Source: Selenomonadaceae bacterium (GTDB lineage Bacteria; Bacillota; Negativicutes; Selenomonadales; Selenomonadaceae). From it: DNA of 49,646 nucleotides. Positions 45,547 to 49,646 of this stretch are shown in pieces; position 1 is the stretch's first letter, and every line of letters starts with the position of its first letter. The DNA is taken from assembly GCA_016280345.1 (NCBI GenBank), contig JAEEGN010000226.1, positions 1 through 49,646 on the forward strand. The letters run 5' to 3'. The notes beneath the pieces were generated by a model. The model saw nothing but the letters and a program-made list of their open reading frames with translations, was not told the origin of the DNA and did not search any database. The translations under genes and the position numbers were made by a program.

Positions 45547-45981
45547 GACCTTCGCTATTCCGAAAGACGAGACGCGCATAACTTCATGAATGATGGCCAC
45601 AGCTTTCTGAATGAGTGTTCTCATCAGGAAAAATTGCTATGCGGTTGACGGCTGTGCGATAAAGTGCGGTTCGATGGACTGAACAGAGTTATAATTGGGA
45701 ATACTTGGTCAGATGTAAAACGACGTTCCCGGATATCCAGAAACGTGTGAAGACAGAAAAAAGTGGTATGAATATCTTAATCATCAATATTTGACAAGGT
45801 GGCGAATGGCAGGTGCCATTCCGAGTGCAGCTGGGATAAATGGATACCACTTTAAGGATACGTTGAGCCAGTCCCCACGAAAGAATTGAATCCGTTATGA
45901 AGCGCGGGGATTCCAAGAAAACCATGGCCGGCTGGTTTGCCATAACGATTAACGAAAGCAAAACGACAAAGGAGAGAAAAC

Positions 45982-47598
45982 ATGAGAATCAGCACCTATG
46001 AGATCATCCTGCCGCTGATCGGCCAGGAGGACAAAAAGATTGAGGGGAAAACGCTGCTGGTGAACGGCCTGTATGGCGCGTTGGACGTGGTGGACACGAA
46101 GATAGCTGAAAAGCTCGAAAAGGAAGACTTCGCGGGCATCCCCTTTTCGCTGCGGGAGCGGCTCACGGTGCGCGGCCATATCACGCGAAAGGACGAGGCG
46201 GGCGAGCTGGCAGACGCGCGCCTTATAGGCCGCGTCTGGAACAAGCTGGTGGGCCACGCCGGTACCGGCCCGGTCATCCTGCCTACCTACAACTGCAATT
46301 TCCGTTGCCCGTACTGCTTTGAGCGCCATCGGCTTACCCGCGGACAAGAATGGCTCGGTCATGAGATGAAGCCGGAGATGGTGGAGGCGGTCTTTGCCGC
46401 ACTCCAAAAGCAGAAGGACAAAGGTCATAAGATCGACAACGTCTCGCTCTACGGCGGCGAACCGCTCTTGAAGGAAAACAAGGAGACGGTCAGGAATATC
46501 TGCGAGCATGCAAAGGCGATGGGGCTCGGCCTTTCCGGCATCACCAACGGCTACGACTTAGACTCGTATGTTGATCTTCTGAAAGAATTTGAGTTCTCCC
46601 AGTTGCAAATCACGGTGGACGGCGTGGGCGTGCTGAATGATCGTCGCCGCCTGCATCGGGACGGCGTGCCGACTTACGACAAGATTCTGCAAAACGCGAA
46701 ACTGGCCCTCGACCACGGCGTCGACGTGAACCTCAGGGTGAACACGAACGGTGAGAACATCGGCGGCGTCAAGGCATTGATTGACGATTTGGCAGCCCGG
46801 GGACTTCGTGAAGCCACGCAGGAAGAACGGGATAAAGCGTATCAGGAAGAGCAGGAAGCGAAGAAGGCAGGAAAGCCGAAACCGGAGCGCAAAGGCTTTT
46901 TCAGCTATTATTTCAAAGCAGTGTCGGAGGATGCCGATTCACCGACCAAGGTGACGGAGCGGCAGGTACTGGACGCGTTGCTCGCGGCGGGTATTCCGCC
47001 GTTGGAGGCCATCGGGAAGCAAAGCCAGTATTCGATTCCCATGCAGGGGCTTTCAGCCGCCATGAAGAAAGATGACTATCCGAGCTTTTCCCCGGCTTTC
47101 TGCGGCGCGGAGCAGGGCATGTTGTGCATCGCCCCCGACGGACAGCTCTTTTCCTGTTGGGACCTCGTGGCGAAGGACGAGGACGCCGTGGGCTTCACCG
47201 ACAAAGAGGCGGGCCGGTTCTTCTTCAATTTTACGAAAGCGAAATGGCGTACTCGCACCTCGGACCTGATGAAGCCCTGCCAGACCTGCCCGTACATTTT
47301 CATCTGCCGGGGTGGCTGCGCGCCGGAGGCGTATCGGACGCATGGCAGCTACTTTCGCGAAAACTGCGGCGAGGCAAAGGAGATTTTCGCATATGTCGCC
47401 CCCCGCGTTGTCGGAAAAAAGTGGGAGGCGACAAAGGAGGACGAGCTTTCCATCTCACTGACGGGGCCGTTGGCGAGGTTCACGGAAAAGGAACGTGAGA
47501 CGCTGATGAGAACTACAAGCCAGCAGGAAATGTTCGGTATTATCAAGCAAGCGGGCTTTTTTTTCTCAGAAACAAGCGAGGAAAAGAAGGACGCATAA
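45982..47598 (+). CDS. Radical SAM / SPASM-domain peptide maturase
   Basis: CX3CX2C at PTYNCNFRCPYCFE. SAM-binding GGEPLL. SPASM Cys pattern FCGAEQGMLCIAPDGQLFSC ... CQTCPYIFICRGGCAPEA (CX2CX5CX3C). A roughly 100-aa pre-domain sits where RRE-type leader-binding domains occur. Confidence 0.9.
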   Translation: MRISTYEIILPLIGQEDKKIEGKTLLVNGLYGALDVVDTKIAEKLEKEDFAGIPFSLRERLTVRGHITRKDEAGELADARLIGRVWNKLVGHAGTGPVILPTYNCNFRCPYCFERHRLTRGQEWLGHEMKPEMVEAVFAALQKQKDKGHKIDNVSLYGGEPLLKENKETVRNICEHAKAMGLGLSGITNGYDLDSYVDLLKEFEFSQLQITVDGVGVLNDRRRLHRDGVPTYDKILQNAKLALDHGVDVNLRVNTNGENIGGVKALIDDLAARGLREATQEERDKAYQEEQEAKKAGKPKPERKGFFSYYFKAVSEDADSPTKVTERQVLDALLAAGIPPLEAIGKQSQYSIPMQGLSAAMKKDDYPSFSPAFCGAEQGMLCIAPDGQLFSCWDLVAKDEDAVGFTDKEAGRFFFNFTKAKWRTRTSDLMKPCQTCPYIFICRGGCAPEAYRTHGSYFRENCGEAKEIFAYVAPRVVGKKWEATKEDELSISLTGPLARFTEKERETLMRTTSQQEMFGIIKQAGFFFSETSEEKKDA

Positions 47599-47679
47599 AT
47601 GCCTTTTGCCGTGAGGTCTTATGTATGGCAGTCCAGTCCCGAGGGCTGCCCTAAACACACGATGGACAACTGCTCATAA
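47599..47679 (+). pseudogene. 26-codon ORF resembling a truncated core peptide (MPFAVRSYVWQSSPEGCPKHTMDNCS)
   Basis: It starts on the nucleotide after the rSAM stop and in the same frame. SYVWQSSPEGCPKH resembles VYWSNCPGEGTCGHH of the intact precursor. No leader is present. Confidence 0.35.
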
Positions 47680-47700
47680 TAAATAGGGGATGTTTTATTT

Positions 47701-47823
47701 TTGGCAGACAAACTCAAAGGAAAAAACATCTCGAAGGAACAGCTCGAGAAAGCGATCAAGTGCAAAACCGCCGACAAACTGTTGCGGCGGCGAAATCCGA
47801 GGTTTTTCGATCTGACGAAGTAA
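47701..47823 (+). pseudogene. Nif11-like N-terminal leader half, separated from the downstream precursor ORF by an in-frame TAA
   Basis: A TTG-initiated frame reads LADKLKGKNISKEQLEKAIKCKTADKLLRRRNPRFFDLTK*, in the same frame as ATG 47839. An alternative frame over 47784-47805 reads VAAAKSEVF, suggesting compensating frameshifts. Confidence 0.4.
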
Positions 47824-47838
47824 GAAGCTGAGGCGTGC

Positions 47839-47985
47839 ATGGCGGAGCTGGCAGACTTCAAGCTGGATGATGAGATGCTGAATAAAGCGGCCGGGGGCGT
47901 TTACTGGTCAAATTGCCCGGGTGAGGGAACCTGCGGCCACCACGTCTGCGGAATTGTAGGCTGGGAGAACTTCAAGGGATGCTGA
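47839..47985 (+). CDS. 48-aa RiPP precursor peptide with a double-glycine leader and a 4-Cys core
   Basis: MAELADFKLDDEMLNKAAGG | VYWSNCPGEGTCGHHVCGIVGWENFKGC. SD TGAGG sits 5 nt upstream. It lies 240 nt downstream of the rSAM/SPASM gene and in a locus with a C39-peptidase exporter. It is below the 60-aa cutoff of the ORF track. Confidence 0.7.
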   Translation: MAELADFKLDDEMLNKAAGGVYWSNCPGEGTCGHHVCGIVGWENFKGC

Positions 47986-48127
47986 TCCGTAGAAAGGTTT
48001 TATCTATAGCAACAAGTTACAAGGAAGCGTTCACGAAAGAACAACGCAAAGATCGCCAATGAGTTTCCGGCATTGGCAAAGTCTGATATAAAAGCCGCCT
48101 GTTGGTTTATCCCATAGCGGCTATTAT

Positions 48128-48301
48128 ATGCAGAAATTCCTGAAGCGAATATCTTGGGTGTACATGGCTGAGCTCAATGGCTTCGAACTGGATGACGAAG
48201 TGATTTAGGCTTTGACGGACGGCATGAAGACCCGATATATTGTGGATGGTTGCTCCTTCAAGTGCGGTACATTAGAGAACTTGTTGACGAATCATGGCTG
48301 A
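48128..48301 (+). pseudogene. Second precursor paralogue interrupted by an in-frame TAG
   Basis: MQKFLKRISWVYMAELNGFELDDEVI*ALTDGMKTRYIVDGCSFKCGTLENLLTNHG*. MAELNGFELDDEV parallels MAELADFKLDDEM. The stop is at 48206-48208, and the GG motif is replaced by DG. Confidence 0.45.
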
Positions 48302-48311
48302 ACGGAAAAAT

Positions 48312-48340
48312 AAGGTAAGATTATCTTACCTTATTTTTCT
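48312..48340 (+). terminator. Intrinsic terminator closing the precursor region
   Basis: AAGGTAAGA-tta-TCTTACCTT followed by ATTTTTCT. Confidence 0.8.
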
Positions 48341-48517
48341 TATTATAGCAGTTTCGAAACGCAGGAAACGCCATCATGAGACGAACGAGAGGAAAGCGTA
48401 AGTACGGAGTGAAATGGCATAATTGCTTGCCGCCGCTCTGCAGCGTCGTTCTATTCCACTGTAAGGCTATAATGAAATCGCCTCTGTCAAAGCGGAAAAC
48501 AAGGAAAGGGAACTGCC

Positions 48518-49646
48518 ATGCGAAAAGAGTTTCTTGTCGTTAACGAAGCGAATTTTAATGAATCGGCGGACCGGATTCGCGAGGCGCTGGTGGAACGAAG
48601 GGTTACTGAACGGGAAATCAGCTGGGCATCGCTGCTCTTTGAGGAGATTTTTTACCGCGCACGGGGCATGGGTGTAGAAGAAATGCGCGTGGTCATCCAG
48701 AACCGTCTCGGGGATTTAAGCCTGCAGCTTTCCTTTGACGGCGAGGAGAAAAATCCCCTCATGGATGTCGCTGCTTTAGACGAGAACGACATAGAAACAT
48801 ACCGCACGCTGATTTTGAAGGCGAACAGAGACAAGCTTAGCTATGAGCGCTGGAATGGGGAGAATCTTGTACTCGTTGCCGTCCATCGTTCGGAGCGAAA
48901 GCAGATTTTCTATTTGCTGGCGGCGATGGTGCTTGGTATCATGTTCGGCGAACTGATGAAAGCGTTCGCTTCCCCCGAGACCTTGCAATTCTTCGACGAG
49001 GCTGTAGTCAAGAGTGTCCGCACAATTTTCTTGAACGCTCTGAGCTTAATGATTGCGCCGGTGGTTTTTTTCAGCATCATCAACGGTGTCACGAGCATGA
49101 GAGACGTTGCCGAGGTGGGACGGATTGGCGGCAAATTGATCGGTCTTTATTTGTTTACGACCGTCATCGCTGCCGTTGCCAGTATCGCTCTCGGGTACGC
49201 GCTCTTCAGCGGGGAAATCCCGCAAATCGGCTCCATCGATGAGACAGCGAGGGGCGCGGCACCAAACGTTTCCTTTCTGGCGATGATTGTCGGCGTTGTG
49301 CCGAAAAATTTCATCGATCCTATTCTCAAGGGAGATATGCTACAAATCATTTTTATCGCATTGATCTGCGGCATCTGCATTACGAAACTGGGAAAATCTG
49401 TTCAAATTCTTGTTCAAATCATTGCAGCGCTTAACACGCTTTTCTTGCACGTGGTAACAATGATTGCCTTTTTCATCCCGCTGATTGCCTTCCTGTCCAT
49501 GGTTTCCCTGATTATTCATATGGGCTTCGATTCGTTGCAGTTCATGGGACGGATGCTCTTGGGGCAAATCATCGGCAGCCTCTTAATGCTGATAGTCTAC
49601 AGCGGAATCATCCGCTTCGTCGGCGGATTGTCGCCCCTTCCGTTTC
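48518..49646 (+). CDS. Dicarboxylate/amino acid:cation symporter (DAACS) family transporter with a roughly 125-aa N-terminal cytoplasmic extension (3' end outside the window)
   Basis: Not in the ORF track because it runs off the window. ATG 48518 follows AAGGAAAGGG. The frame is open to 49646. DAACS motifs are present (VRTIFLNALSLMIAPVVFFSIINGVTSM, GRIGGKLIGLYLFTTVIAA, VVPKNFIDPILKGDMLQIIFIALICGI). Confidence 0.8.
   Translation, partial: MRKEFLVVNEANFNESADRIREALVERRVTEREISWASLLFEEIFYRARGMGVEEMRVVIQNRLGDLSLQLSFDGEEKNPLMDVAALDENDIETYRTLILKANRDKLSYERWNGENLVLVAVHRSERKQIFYLLAAMVLGIMFGELMKAFASPETLQFFDEAVVKSVRTIFLNALSLMIAPVVFFSIINGVTSMRDVAEVGRIGGKLIGLYLFTTVIAAVASIALGYALFSGEIPQIGSIDETARGAAPNVSFLAMIVGVVPKNFIDPILKGDMLQIIFIALICGICITKLGKSVQILVQIIAALNTLFLHVVTMIAFFIPLIAFLSMVSLIIHMGFDSLQFMGRMLLGQIIGSLLMLIVYSGIIRFVGGLSPLPF

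Noticed and set aside
45322-45624. 100-aa minus-strand ORF overlapping the 97-aa plus-strand gene.
   Set aside because: The plus-strand ORF has a properly spaced GAGG RBS, sits in operon position after the sigma factor and has GC-biased third positions. The minus-strand ORF has none of these. The choice is not certain.
45689-45961. 90-aa minus-strand ORF between the 97-aa gene and the rSAM gene.
   Set aside because: It lies in an AT-richer, promoter-like region and has no RBS. Its composition is hydrophobic and irregular, with no recognisable family features.
47690-47815. 41-codon ORF MFYFWQTNSKEKTSRRNSSRKRSSAKPPTNCCGGEIRGFSI as an alternative precursor (contains CCGG).
   Set aside because: It is in a different frame from the conserved MAEL leader family. 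Its sequence is basic and low in complexity, with no leader-like features and no RBS at proper spacing. It is probably a by-product of the frameshifted Nif11-like region.
1-49646. CRISPR arrays, tRNA/rRNA genes, transposases, integrases or phage genes.
   Set aside because: None were found on reading both strands. There are no regularly spaced direct repeats, no tRNA-like T-arm/acceptor signatures in intergenic regions, and no recombinase-like ORFs.

Overview
About 58% G+C bacterial chromosome segment. The housekeeping synteny looks Firmicutes-like (ecfA1-ecfA2-ecfT-truA; hisZ plus short hisG). It also carries a two-partner secretion (TpsA/TpsB) pair, which needs an outer membrane, so I infer a diderm Firmicute (Negativicutes-like); this is not proven. 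Left to right: two TPR glycosyltransferase genes, the second a tandem-duplicated GT41/SPINDLY-type enzyme; a small secreted protein; a 1400-aa BcrAD/BadFG-type CoA-enzyme activase fusion; truA and the ECF transporter module; a stand-alone flagellin gene with a low-GC central domain; a hairpin-rich intergenic region; hicAB; a 2920-aa TpsA exoprotein with its TpsB porin; a DMT transporter; a divergent histidine regulon (dehydrogenase-yerC-hisZ-HD on the minus strand, hisGDCBHAF-IE plus a SagB-like nitroreductase on the plus strand); and a truncated DAACS symporter at the right end. The most interesting region is 38.5-48.3 kb. It holds an NHLP/Nif11-type export trio (HlyD adaptor, C39-peptidase ABC transporter, second ABC transporter), an ECF-like sigma factor with a leader-like 97-aa protein, and a radical SAM/SPASM maturase. 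These are followed by short Cys-containing precursor-like ORFs below the 60-aa cutoff of the supplied track. One is an intact 48-aa peptide with a double-glycine leader (47839-47985). At least two more copies look decayed. All family assignments come from motif reading by eye; no searches were run.
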